DNA of 63,725 nt, counting the filler, from Octopus bimaculoides (lineage: Eukaryota): the NCBI RefSeq assembly GCF_001194135.2. It is 8 parts of 7 records of this genome, joined end to end, with 100 filler letters (N's around TTAATTAATTAA, not from the genome) between each part and the next. Parts side by side here need not be neighbours in the genome. Positions count along the whole stretch, not along the records: positions 1 to 17,723 come from NC_068983.1; 7 more parts are not named here. The stretch is one strand, 5' to 3'. A program made the translations under genes and the position numbers. Of the stretch, positions 1 to 10,730 are shown in pieces. The notes beneath the pieces are model-generated. The model did no database searches, had not been told where the DNA came from, and saw only the letters and a list, made by a program, of their open reading frames with translations. Position 1 is the stretch's first letter, and each line of letters starts with the position of its first letter.

Positions 1-185
1 TTATTCCTTGTCAGTCGTGCATACCTCTGTTCATCACTTTCAGATGCTCTGGCTTTTGTAGTGCACAGTCTGTTCTTTTCTTGGTGTGCTTCCCTTTCTG
101 CAGCTGTCTCTCTTTTTCTGGACAGAGACGTTCTTTTGGCTGACCTTGATTTTATAGACAAATTTGACATTTTCCTTCTAGGCAT
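1..185 (-). CDS. STPR-repeat protein, N-terminal part (runs off the window edge; not in ORF track)
   Basis: Hand translation from ATG at 185: MPRRKMSNLSIKSRSAKRTSLSRKR-ETAAEREAHQEKNRLCTTKARAS-ESDEQRYARLTRN, with no stop to position 1. It has 23-aa periodicity E[TS]xxER..R as in STPR repeats and an ACCATG start context. Confidence 0.75.
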   Translation of the reverse strand, partial: MPRRKMSNLSIKSRSAKRTSLSRKRETAAEREAHQEKNRLCTTKARASESDEQRYARLTRN

Positions 186-242
186 GGTTATATACGTATA
201 CAGAAATACACGAGTGCAGAAGATAGTAAACAATGAAACTAA

Positions 243-445
243 CTTGGTAACGGAAATTATGTTTCTTAATACGACAGGCAGAAAGTCAATAAGAATTTTT
301 AACGAAAAATAAAGTATTGTACAGGTTGAAGCGAAATTTGTCACTCAGTGAACCAAAGAGCCAGTATCGAAGGTACCAGAAGAAAAAAAAGAAACCTCAG
401 CAACAGGAAAACACAAAACCGTACTTCTGTTAGTAAATTACTTAC
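243..445 (-). other. Candidate 5'UTR intron of the left STPR gene
   Basis: Minus-strand donor GAT|GTAAGT at 445-440; candidate acceptors CCAAG| (244-243) or TTAG| (240-239) upstream of ATG 185. Confidence 0.5.
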
Positions 446-607
446 ATCAGTAAATGTGAACGTCTTTCTGTCAGTAATTTGTCGTTTGTTTGTAAATAGC
501 GATTGAAAACGTAATCTTTTAGTGAGAACAAAAGTGAAAAAAAAAACTATGGCGTAGAGATAGATAGAGAGAGATGGATTGAGAGATATAGATAGAGATA
601 TGTTTCC

Positions 608-724
608 TACGTCAATACCGGAAGTTGACATTTCATCACAAGTATGTAAGCATTTGGTACAAAAACGTCAAAATAGAGAGCGAAGCTTTTTGCCGTTGTT
701 ACGTCAATACCGGATGTTGACATT
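608..724. promoter_or_regulatory. Duplicated 25-bp ETS + CRE-half-site module, putative promoter of the left STPR gene
   Basis: TACGTCAATACCGGAAGTTGACATT (608-632) and TACGTCAATACCGGATGTTGACATT (700-724), 24/25 identical. Each contains ACGTCA and CCGGA[A/T]GT. Confidence 0.55.
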
Positions 725-1178
725 AAGGAACCTTTTTAAAGAAGTGAATCTTAAATATAAAACAATATTATTTATTTTTAATAAAAAAAAATCAAATGAA
801 GAGCCTAACATTTATCCGAGGTCAAATTCTCCATGCATCACAAGTATGGAAGCATTTGGTGAAGTCGATTTCACGTGAAAAGCGAATACACAGACATCTC
901 TATTTTATATATTAGATTAAAAAAGTTCAAACGGGGAATTATTCTATTCAATGTCTTTCAGCTAGAAACGTTTAGACCTTTAGCTGAAATATTTAGCATA
1001 ACTAGTTTTCTGGTGAGAGCAGCATTGCCTGCTGCTTCAGTAGAAATCTACGGATGCACAAACGCACAAAACGGAGAAACTGAAACAAATATGGACGACT
1101 TGTTCCAAAACACCCCCGAGTGGGGAACAATCCTCGAAAGTAACCCCAATTGTTTTTCCCCAAAATTCCTATGTTCTG

Positions 1179-1556
1179 GGAATCTACATAGTCCGAGGTA
1201 TATTTGTAGAAAATTTCATTAAAAAATATCAATTTTCTTAAAAGTTAAGACGAATTGAATTGGACGCCGGTGAATTTTCCGAAATTCCCCACCTACCCCC
1301 TCCTAAAACACTCCCCTCCCCCAAGTTTTGTATATTCGGAATCTACATGATATAACACATATTCGTAGAAAATTTCATTAAAAAATATCCATTTTTCTGA
1401 AAGTTATGATCATCAAAAATCGGGAGGGGGTAGGAATCTGGGTAAATTTTCAGATTAACACCCGCACGATTTTCACTAGGGTGTTAGGGTGGGAATTCCG
1501 TCCCTAACCCTAACCCCCTAGAGAAAATTGTGCGGGTGTTAATCTGAAAATTTACC
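1179..1556. repeat. Non-autonomous element remnant with internal direct repeat and a hairpin enclosing telomere-like TTAGGG/CCCTAA
   Basis: 41-bp inverted arms 1441-1481 / 1516-1556 (2 mismatches) around TTAGGG...CCCTAACCCTAACCC. A 25-bp identical direct repeat lies at 1206-1230 and 1365-1389. Confidence 0.6.
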
Positions 1557-1790
1557 GGAATCTGTAGTTATGCCTATAAATTTTGAGAAAAGAGCAAACT
1601 CACAGACTTTATCAGCACGATCCAGATCCTATCGCTGATGCCATTTGCTGGGAAGTAAATATCTCGGCATACTCTCGGTATTGAAGTGGAAATTTGATAT
1701 TATTCGGCAATGTCTTTCTGGATGCACTGGTTATTCCCCAACACCTTTTTAAAACGGAGATTACGATTCGCCCTGGAAACTTTTTTTTTT

Positions 1791-3104
1791 TTAAATTTCA
1801 GTACGGATTACTTTCATCAATTTCCTAGTGATTAGTTTGTGATTGTAAACCGACGTAATGTCAATATATTTCAAAACATGATCTAAAGAGAGCTTTCGTA
1901 TAGACTTGTTTTTTTTAATTAGAAAGACCTGTTGGTCCATGAACTGGAGAATGGAAGATGTAATGACAGGCAAGAAATGTACTTTTACAAACTAAACTGT
2001 CCTGACAATCAATACATTAAAGAAGGTTTAGGCGAGTCATTATCCATTACCAAAAGAACTTTGAGAGAAGATTGTTGTCCCTAGGGTACTTAGACACAGT
2101 AGGACAAAACACCTCAGACTACTCAGTGAAAAGATGACTGGTGATTTGTGGTTTGCCCAAACCTCAAGGCGGTTCTTATGATTTTAAATGCTCTAGGGTT
2201 TTCTAAATAGTAATTTATTTAAAAAAAAAAAGCCCCGTTTCATCATAGTTCAAATTTTGCTGTGAAACGAAGCCACTCATCTCCATAAAGTTTAAAAAGT
2301 GGTACTCACGAGCTACTTTATGGTCTGCACCAGCAGACTTATCACACTTTACATCATTATGTAATCCATTTCTTTTCCGGAATCTGGTAAACCAGCCCTT
2401 TGAAGCAAGGAAATCCAGCGCAGTATCATTTCCACTGGGAGAATTAGCTACAAGATCATCAAATAATTGTTTGGCTTTTACACAAATCATCGATTCACTT
2501 ATATTTTCACAAGCAATTTCTTTTTCTTTAATCCACACCAAAAGTAAATTTTCCATCTCTTCAATAAAATTGTTACGCGATTTACTAAGCTTGGTTATTC
2601 CCTTAGCTACCCGAACATTTTTTAATTTACATTTGTTTTTCAGTATGGTGCAGATAGTTGATTTTGCCACTCTATACTCCAAACTAAGGTTGCTAACACT
2701 AGCTCCATTTTCATGTTTACGTATTATTTCCTTCTTAGTTTCTATAGTAATTGATTTTCTAATTCGCTTTTGTCGATCCATGGTTATATAATTAGCTAAA
2801 AATGAGAAATAGTATTATTTTCTAAATAAAATATGAAAATTTGTGTACGTGAACGTTAACGAACCGTTCGTATATACCTTCCCAGCTACTTATATGTGTG
2901 CGTAGTCCACTCGTTCGTTATTCACAATTTATTCATTTAGCGTACCGTTCGTACACGTTCTACCACTCACTTATATGCGTGCATAGTCTGTTCGTGCTTG
3001 GTTAATCAAATTTTAGCTCGTTAAGCGAGTTCAATTTTCTTCGGAAAAATCGTTCGTTATTCAATGTTTGTTTAAAGAATCGTTCGTACATGAGTACCCT
3101 ACTG
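1791..3104 (-). mobile_element. Tigger/pogo-family DNA transposon, degenerate
   Basis: TIR-like 5' end CAGTAGGGTACTCATGTACGAACG (3104-3081) and subterminal CGTTCGT repeats. The HTH ORF ends at NYDETGL (first D). Downstream frameshifted remnants read ENPRAFK, KVLLVMDND and VHFLPVITSSILQFMDQQV, matching Tigger DDE motifs. Confidence 0.9.
2215..2781 (-). pseudogene. Tigger transposase N-terminal fragment (CENP-B/psq-type HTH + Tc5-type HTH), 188 aa open frame
   Basis: RKSITIETKKEII...SVSNLSLEYRVAKSTICTILKNK, EEMENLLLVWI, ICVKAKQLF, FLASKGWFTRFRKRNGL; the frame ends at a poly-T run. Confidence 0.85.
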
Positions 3105-4018
3105 TGTGTGTGAGTGCATATATGAACAGGAGTTTATTCATAATAAAAGTTTCGTATTTCTACTATAACTACAAAACTAGCATTTTCATACATTTAAACA
3201 ATACAAACATAATATTGGACTTTATAAACATTACAAGAAAAACAAACAAGTCCACCGACTGATCATCATTCGCTTGACTGCTTGCCACTTTTTCCTTCTC
3301 AAATTACAAACTCGACTTTTTCTTAAAGAGTCAGCAAGCTACGATCCTTCGTCAAATCCGTTCTACCTCATTTCATATGAGAACGTGTTGTTTTCCTCAT
3401 CAATCTTTGATTAGTAAATGATAAAATTTAATTTCGTAACATAGGGGAAATTTCTAAGAATTTTTACAAATAACCACCAGAATTGCTACTGATATAGTTT
3501 TGCATGCTAATTGTAAAAAAATCACCTTTTGTTTTCTAGAAATTAGTAATTAAAAAGTAACAAATCGTTAATGTAATTTTAGCCAATCAAAAGTCTCCAT
3601 TGCCGACTTATCGGAAGCAGCATTTGATTGTTTTCATAACGACAGCATTAACATTATCGTTTTCCTTCGTAGGACTCAAATTTTAAATGAACTTTTTGTG
3701 TACTCTACTTGTTTTAGACCATTTTCTGGAAAAAAGGTCCCAACTAGAATTTAGAAATGTTTGTGGCTTTATTTATTCGCTTACAATTGCTAGATAATAT
3801 AGTAACTTCATTTACATCATTAAAGTTTTTTTCATGCCTATGAAAAAAAAAAATTTTTTTATGAAAATCTCTATCTTTGAATTGTTTTGTACCTAACTGA
3901 TAGCTGTTTTAGCTTAATAATCTTCCCTGCATTCTATTCTAATCTGGGAAGATTCGATCTTATTTTGAAAACGTGTGTATTGCCAATTAATTTCCAAGTG
4001 ATTGATCATTCTTTCTAG

Positions 4019-4053
4019 TGATGACAATGCTGACAGCATATTCATTCAGTCAG
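4019..4053 (+). CDS. Candidate small exon of an antisense plus-strand gene
   Basis: Acceptor cattctttctAG|, donor CAG|GTGACA; phase 2 to 1, DDNADSIFIQS. Confidence 0.3.
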
Positions 4054-4659
4054 GTGACAAATATAATTTTACTTCTGAATATATTCCTAGCCTTGAACTA
4101 AAACAATTTGGGGTTTATATATTCTTATATAGAATTCGTGTTTTGTAACATAGCTTTCTTTGTACAATGATTGCTGAAACTGACATTACAAATACTTTAT
4201 TGTGGATAACGATGATAAAAATTTTGATAAATAGAGGATATGGCTTTATTAATCTGGGAATCTGAATGAGACTTAAGTAGATCATCTATTTGTTTGGCTT
4301 ACATGGTCTTTAATGAAATTATAAGGCCAATACAGTTTTGAGACAGGCTATTCTTTATATTGGCTGCTGTATAGTCATTATATTTTCATTTACCACTATG
4401 GTCTCATAATCTGCATGAAATGGCAATTTGGGATTAATTGAAACTATATAAATTCTATGAACATTATAAGGCCTTTAAGGGCTCCTCGCTTAGTCATAAT
4501 CTTATCTAATTTCAGAAGTCATCATCATTGTTTTAATGCCCCATTTTCTATGCTTGCAGGGGTCAGATTTTCTACGGCCAGGTGCCTTTCTGTTGTCAGA
4601 CTTTACATGTTTCCAAACAAGGTCATATTTTCTCAATGGAAATGAATAATACCATTTGT

Positions 4660-5430
4660 AGCTGTGGCCAGTGCCCCCTGACTGGCACCTGTTCCAGTGG
4701 CATGTAAAATGCATCATCTGAACATGGTCGATGCCAGGTCCGCCTGACTGGCTCCCGTGTGGCATGTAAAAAAACACCATTCAAATGTGATCGATACCAA
4801 AACTGCCCGACTGGCTCTCGTACTGGTGGCATGTAGAAAACACCATCCGAATGTGGCCGTTGCCAGTACTCCTTGACTGGCTCCCGTGCCGGTGGCATGT
4901 AAAAAGCACTATCCAAACGTGATTGATGCCAGGCCCGCCTGACTAGCTCCTGTGCCGGTGACATGTAAAAAGCACCCACGACACTCTCGGAGTGGTTGGC
5001 ATTAGGAAGGGCATCCAGCTGTAGAAACATTGCTAGATTAGATTGGAGCCTGGTGCAGCCACTGGTTCTCCAGACTTCAGTCAAACCGTCCAACCCATGC
5101 CAGCATGGAAAACGGACATTAAATGATGATGACAATCAATTACACCTATTGCATAATGTGAAACCAAAATCGCAGCTGTGGCCAGTGCCTCTTGATTGGT
5201 TGCCGTTTCAGTGGCACATAAAATGCATCATCTGAATGTGGTCGATACCAGTGTCCCCTGACTGGCTCCTGTGCCAGTAGCATGTAAAAAGCACCCTCTG
5301 AATGTGGCTGATGCCAGTAACCCTGACTGGCTTCTGTGACAGTGGCATGTAAAAAGCACTATCTAAACGTGATCGATGCCAGGCTGCCTGACTGACTCCT
5401 TTTTTCAGTGGCATGTAAACGATGATCATG
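4660..5430 (+). repeat. RTE-LINE 3'UTR-derived repeat with about 65-bp tandem subrepeats
   Basis: About 9 copies of GGCATGTAAAAAGCAC-like cores at about 65-bp spacing. The tail at 4977-5135 matches the tails at 7800-7975 (-) and 10050-10218 (+) and ends in (GAT)n. Confidence 0.75.
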
Positions 5431-6533
5431 ATGAATTCTAATCTTATTTGAGAAACAAAACAATTGTTGGTTAATATGTTGATTAATTAATAAATTAATT
5501 TGTATCTTACAATATTCTATATAATATATTCAGTGAAGAATTATCTCTTCAAAATTTGACATATTAAACCAGTGTATCTTGGATAAATATCCCTATAAGA
5601 GGTTTGAATATCCTCATTGTGACTATATATATACACACACAACAGGCTTCCTTCTGTTTCCACTTATCAAATCAACTGACAAGGCTTAGGTCAGCCTGGA
5701 GCTATAAGTGGAAGATACTTTCCCAAGGCATCCACAAATCCACATGGTTGGGGAGCAAACTTCTTAGACACAGGGGCAAACTTGTACCTATTAAACCATT
5801 CCTAGTTGAATATGTTTAGTGGTAATATGTATTCGTTGTGTAATAAGTATAATATGATGAGCTTTGTAATTTGTAAATTTCATGTGACATGAATGAAAAA
5901 TGCCAAAATATATGACATTTTATGAATTTATTCTTTATCTTTAGAACAGTTGATAGGAACTGATCTTAAAAACCTATTTAAGAGAGCTGTTTATACCCAC
6001 AACAGACCTGATTAAATAAACCTATAATTACAGATATTCCAGCCATTCCCATATCAATATTTCTTTCACACACTACTAAAAGTGTCTTTTTTTGTCTGAG
6101 GAAGATGCATAGAGGCCTCCTCATTGACTTGAACAAATTTTTATGCAGAGAGATGAATCTTGTGATTAGCGCTTATGGTTTAGAGAGTCTGTCATAAAAC
6201 ATCAACTCATCAGTTGACCTTAAAACTCAGCAATGTGAGTTACTGAAACAGTTCTCATTAGCAATATTATTGTTGACAGAAATTAACTGATATTCACTGT
6301 GACAACTATAAAAATTACAGATAATTTCACTGAAAAGTAAAAGAAAAACCAACTGAAAATAACTATTTTTTCATCCTTTTTACTTATTTACCAGAACTTC
6401 CTTGAATTTTTTAAGTATTTCAAAAGATGTAGTAGTGAAATTCTCCAATTAAGCCAAAAGTGGTAAGTCTTACACAAGTTTCTTGATAAAAATAAAAGTT
6501 AGAATGTTTATCCTCCAAAACTTATATTATCAG

Positions 6534-6635
6534 ACCAGTTAGATGTCAGAGATATATTGGTAAAGAAAATTCATGATAATAGAGATAATGATGGGGATAG
6601 TGATGATTTAAGTTGTGAAGGTGAAAATCAGTTAG
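6534..6635 (+). CDS. Candidate internal exon (102 nt, phase 1-1) of an antisense plus-strand gene
   Basis: Acceptor cttatattatcAG|, donor TAG|GTAAGA; open acidic peptide QLDVRDILVKKIHDNRDNDGDSDDLSCEGENQL. Confidence 0.45.
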
Positions 6636-6751
6636 GTAAGAAACCTACTTTAACAGTATTTTAATCTGAATAATAAAATGAAATCTGAAATTTGAAGTTA
6701 AAAATAATTACAAATATTATATATTGGGAAATTTAATTGAACATTTGTGCA

Positions 6752-7735
6752 CTATAGAGTTGAATATCCATTCACAGAAAATAAATTAACTGGATATGAT
6801 TTAGAATTTGATGTAGGCAGCGTACTTGAGATCTCTACCAAATCAGAATTATTGCTGAGGTTGTCTTCAATTATATTGCCTGTTACAGATGTTATTGAAA
6901 TTAGCTGTACTTCATCCTGATCATCAGTATCGTTATCACAATCTTCTGAATGCTGCGATAAACAAGTGTCTTCAGATATATAGATGACATCACGGGAATC
7001 CAGATGTTTATTTGAATGAGAAACTCCAAAATCATTGTGTCTATTGATGACCTTTCCAGAAGTGGTACTGGCAGCAGGCTTTAACTGAACATCATTATTA
7101 TTTGTAGTAATGTTACTAATATCAACACACAGTTCTTCTTGAATACTATTTTGATTTTCTCCAAGACTACAGGGTTCTATTTTTAAGTGAAGAGAGTTGT
7201 ACTTTGTTGCAGGCTCTATTAATGGTTCCGCTTCAGTCTTGATATCAACAATCTGGTCTGTAACCATATTTTCTGCAGACCTTACATCAGAAACTGAAGT
7301 TGTGGTGACAGAAACATCAGCTTGCATGTTAATATTGCTATAATTATTCCTAAATAACTTCATAAACATTGAATTCTGAACCTCGTTAGGATCTCCTTGT
7401 GTTCTGGAAGGGAATAATCCTGACAAAGAACAAGGTTCTGCCAATAAAGGTTCCACCACACCAGATAAAATATCTTTTGTCTTAGCTTTGTTCAATTCCT
7501 CACAACAAAGATCTTCAAAATCTTTCATTTCTAATTTTTCAGCAATAGTCTTCAGTTGGACTAGAATGTCTTCATTCAGATCTAACACACCACTGTACAT
7601 GTATTCTGCAAATGCTAAAAGTCCTTCTTTACTGACTGAACTTGGAAAGACCACATTGGGAAATGAACCTTTTGATGAATGCAGGAGAACTGGCAGTAGT
7701 TTTGGAGACACAGCTCCTAAAACCATTTTATGAAT
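6752..7735 (-). CDS. STPR-BTB gene, last coding exon: C-terminal part of BTB/POZ domain plus low-complexity S/D/N tail
   Basis: Acceptor ttttttatatattttcAG| at 7736, phase 0. IHKMVLGAVSPKL...LLAFAEYMYSGVLDLNEDILVQLKTIAEKLEMKDFEDLC follows the BTB pattern (HkxvLaa.S; ll.ymYtG.l; A..L.m..l...C). Stop TAG at 6752-6754. Confidence 0.9.
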   Translation of the reverse strand: MHKMVLGAVSPKLLPVLLHSSKGSFPNVVFPSSVSKEGLLAFAEYMYSGVLDLNEDILVQLKTIAEKLEMKDFEDLCCEELNKAKTKDILSGVVEPLLAEPCSLSGLFPSRTQGDPNEVQNSMFMKLFRNNYSNINMQADVSVTTTSVSDVRSAENMVTDQIVDIKTEAEPLIEPATKYNSLHLKIEPCSLGENQNSIQEELCVDISNITTNNNDVQLKPAASTTSGKVINRHNDFGVSHSNKHLDSRDVIYISEDTCLSQHSEDCDNDTDDQDEVQLISITSVTGNIIEDNLSNNSDLVEISSTLPTSNSKSYPVNLFSVNGYSTL

Positions 7736-7799
7736 CTGAAAATATATAAAAAATACCTAGAATAAATGTGGCAAATATACAGTTTAATAGCATGTTACA

Positions 7800-8515
7800 T
7801 ATCATCATCATCATTTAATGTCCATTTTCCATGCTGGCATGGGTCAGACGGTTTGACTGAGGTCTGGAAAGTCAGCCGCTACACCAGGCTCCAATCTGAT
7901 CTGGCAATGTTTCTCCAGCTGGATGCTCATCCTAACACCAACCACTCTGAGGGTGTAGTGGGTGCTTTTTACATCACACTGGTACAGGAGCCAGTCAGGC
8001 AGCTCTAGTATTGATCACATTCGGATGGTGCGTTTTATGTGCCACCGGCACAGGAGCAAGTCAAGGGGCACTGGCATCGAACACGCTTGGGTGAGGCATT
8101 TTACGTGCCACCAGAACAACAGCCAGTCAGAGGGCACTGGCCACAGCTACAATTTTGGTTTTACTTGACTCAACAGGTCTTCTAAAGCATATCATATTGC
8201 CCAACACATCAAAGGTACTTTTAAATGGGCCGGATATGCAACACTGGCATTGGCCGTGGCTCCGATCTCACTTTAGTTCCCTGGTCTTCTCAATCACAGC
8301 ATATCTCCAAAGGTCTCAGTCTCCTGTCATTGCCTCCGTGAGGCCTAAAATTCGAAGGTCATGCTTCACCATCTCATCCCATGTCTTCTTGGGTCTACCT
8401 CTTCCACAGGCTCCTTCCACAGTTAGGGTGTGGCACTTCCTCACACAGCTGTCCTCATCCATGTGTAACCATACCAGTGCAGTCATCTCTCTTGCACACC
8501 ACATTTGATGCTTCT
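7800..8515 (-). mobile_element. RTE-clade LINE, 3' fragment
   Basis: DEDSCVRKCHTLTVEGACGRGRPKKTWDEMVKHDLRILGLTEAM (post-RT C-terminus), followed by a 3'UTR and (GAT)n tail. Confidence 0.85.
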
Positions 8516-8974
8516 TACGTCCAACTTTTCTCTCAGGGCATTTACACTCTGTCGTGTATGCACACAGTATTGGTGGTGGGGGCGGGCACAACCACGAACA
8601 AGAGAGAGTCATTTTAGGGAGCAGAGCAAACAAGAAAGAATTATTTTAAAGATTAGTATGAAATATGTATATATATGTAGCCAAGAAACAAGGTTAGTAA
8701 TGTTGCGAGTTAGATGGGTCTGAATGAATGAGGCGATTAAAAACAAGAGAAATTCTTAGCTTAGCTGTGCATATTTTCGAGTGTCATCAAACAGCCAAAC
8801 ACATGGAATAAACTTGCTAAATTATTTGTCAGTGGCCTGTTTCTAAATTCAATACATTCACTGAGTGCTTTCTTGCAAAATTTGCACATTTCATCTGAAC
8901 AATATTATTCAGATCAAATTATATCTACAAAGCTCCTCTCAATTTTAAGTGTTGATGATGAGGAATTGTAATCT

Positions 8975-10218
8975 TCCCCAAGATGTACCCAGTGCAAGCT
9001 ATGGACACATAAGAGGTGCAGCAATATCAGAGGAAGGTTAACTGGAAAAATAGCTTTTGTGTGTGGAAGGTGCACAGGTACAATAAACACTAAAAATGTG
9101 CAGGAAATAGGACTCTATAAGATGCCAGTGGGGTAAGCTAGAGGTAGTGGATAGCTTCCATTATCTAGGTGACTGAGTCAGAAGTGGAGGTGGATGCTCT
9201 GAAAGTGTAGCTGTGAGAATAAGAATAGGCTGGGCAAAGTTCAGAGAGTTCCTACTTCTGTTGGCAACAAAGGACCTCTCCCTCAGAGTGAAAGGCAGAC
9301 TGTATGATGTCTGTGTGCAATCAGCTATGTTACATGGCAGTGAAACATGGGCTGTGACAGCCGAGGACATGCGTAGGCTTGAAAGAAATGAAGCCAGTAT
9401 GCTTTGCTGGATGTGCAATGTCAGTACGCATGTTTAACAGAAAAAAGTTAGGCACAAGAGGCATCATATGTAGTGTGCAAGAGAGATGACTGTGCTGGTA
9501 TGGTCATGTGATGCATATGGACGAGGACAGCTGCGTAAAATGCCGATCTCTAACTGTGGAGGGAACCTATGGTAGAGGTAGATCCAGGAAGACATGGGAT
9601 GAGGTGGTGAAGCATTATTGTCGAATGTTGGGCCTCACAGAGGCAATGACTAGAGACTGAGACTTTCGGTGATATGCCATGCTTGAGAGGACCTGTCAAG
9701 CCATGTGAAACCATAGTCGTGGCCAATGTCGTTGTCATATTACTGCCACTTGTACTGGTGCCATGTAAGAGCACCTTTTGAATGTTAGGCCTCGTGACCA
9801 TTGCTGGTGTTGTGACATTAGCATCCGTGCTGGTGGCACTTGAAAAGCCTCTTTTGAGTGTTGGGCCTCATGGAGGCAATGTAGCGGATGCTACTGTCAT
9901 GTAACTAGCACCCGTGCTGGGTGTTGGGCCTCACAGAGGCAATGGCAAATGACCAAGACCTTCGGCAATATGCTGCACTTGAGAAGAAGCCCCATCAAAC
10001 CAAGTGAAACTGTAGTCGTGGTAGTTACTGGTGCCAGGCAACTGGCATGTAAAAGCACCCATTACACTCTTGGAGTGGTTGGCTTTAGGAAGGGTATCCA
10101 GCTATAGAAACAATGCCAAATCAGACTGGAGTCTGGTGCAGCCCCTCAGCTTATCAGCCCTGGCCAAACTGTCCAACCCATGCTAGCATGAACAACAGAC
10201 GATGATGATGATGATGAT
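8975..10218 (+). mobile_element. RTE-clade LINE, 3' part, degenerate
   Basis: VDSFHYLGD, RIRIGWAKFREFL, KGRLYDVCVQSAMLHGSETWAVTAEDMRRLERNE, GRGRSRKTWDE, then a 3'UTR ending in (GAT)n at about 10200-10218. Confidence 0.9.
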
Positions 10219-10552
10219 TGTTGAAAACATAGGATTCTAAAGAAGTTTTTGGAAAAAATAAAACTAAAGGAAGTAGGGTGCATATCTGACATGCCACTTC
10301 TAATTTCTTCCATTATACAACTGTTTATACTTACTAATTCCTAAGCATACCATCACTGATTTGTTTGGATCACAAGACTTTGGTCAAGATAGGACTACAG
10401 TAAAAGACTTGCCAAGGTGCCCTGTAGTGGGACTGAATCTGAAACTTTGTCTTTGATACTTTTGAAGTTGATAAAATAAAATACTAGTTAGATGTTGGAA
10501 GTTGAGATACATAATCCTAGATGTGAATAAAATAGAATTAAAACATACATAC

Positions 10553-10730
10553 CATTACATTTATGGTACCATTACTAATGTATGAGTCACAGAGGCGCCG
10601 TGCCTTCCATAGAGAAAACAGATTGGACATTACTGCTGTTTGATGATTTGGAACGACTAAAACACGTCTTTCTTGAACAGGAGGCACAGTTGATTGTGGG
10701 AACACTATGACTTCATCAGTCATTGAATGA
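10553..10730 (-). CDS. STPR-BTB gene, exon encoding the BTB N-terminus
   Basis: Acceptor gtatttacAG| (phase 2), donor ATG|GTATGT (phase 0). HQTAVMSNLFSLWKARRLCDSYISNGTINVM matches the BTB start (H...l..L..lr....LCD) and joins in frame to IHK of the next exon. Confidence 0.85.

Noticed and set aside
341-1232. ORFs 341-631, 579-878, 875-1222, 1002-1232
   Set aside because: They overlap the predicted promoter, intron and repeat, have no recognisable domains, and have a composition typical of AT-rich non-coding DNA.
4660-5430. Regularly spaced short repeats resembling a CRISPR array
   Set aside because: The spacers are homologous to each other, the context is eukaryotic with no cas genes, and the units belong to an RTE 3'UTR.
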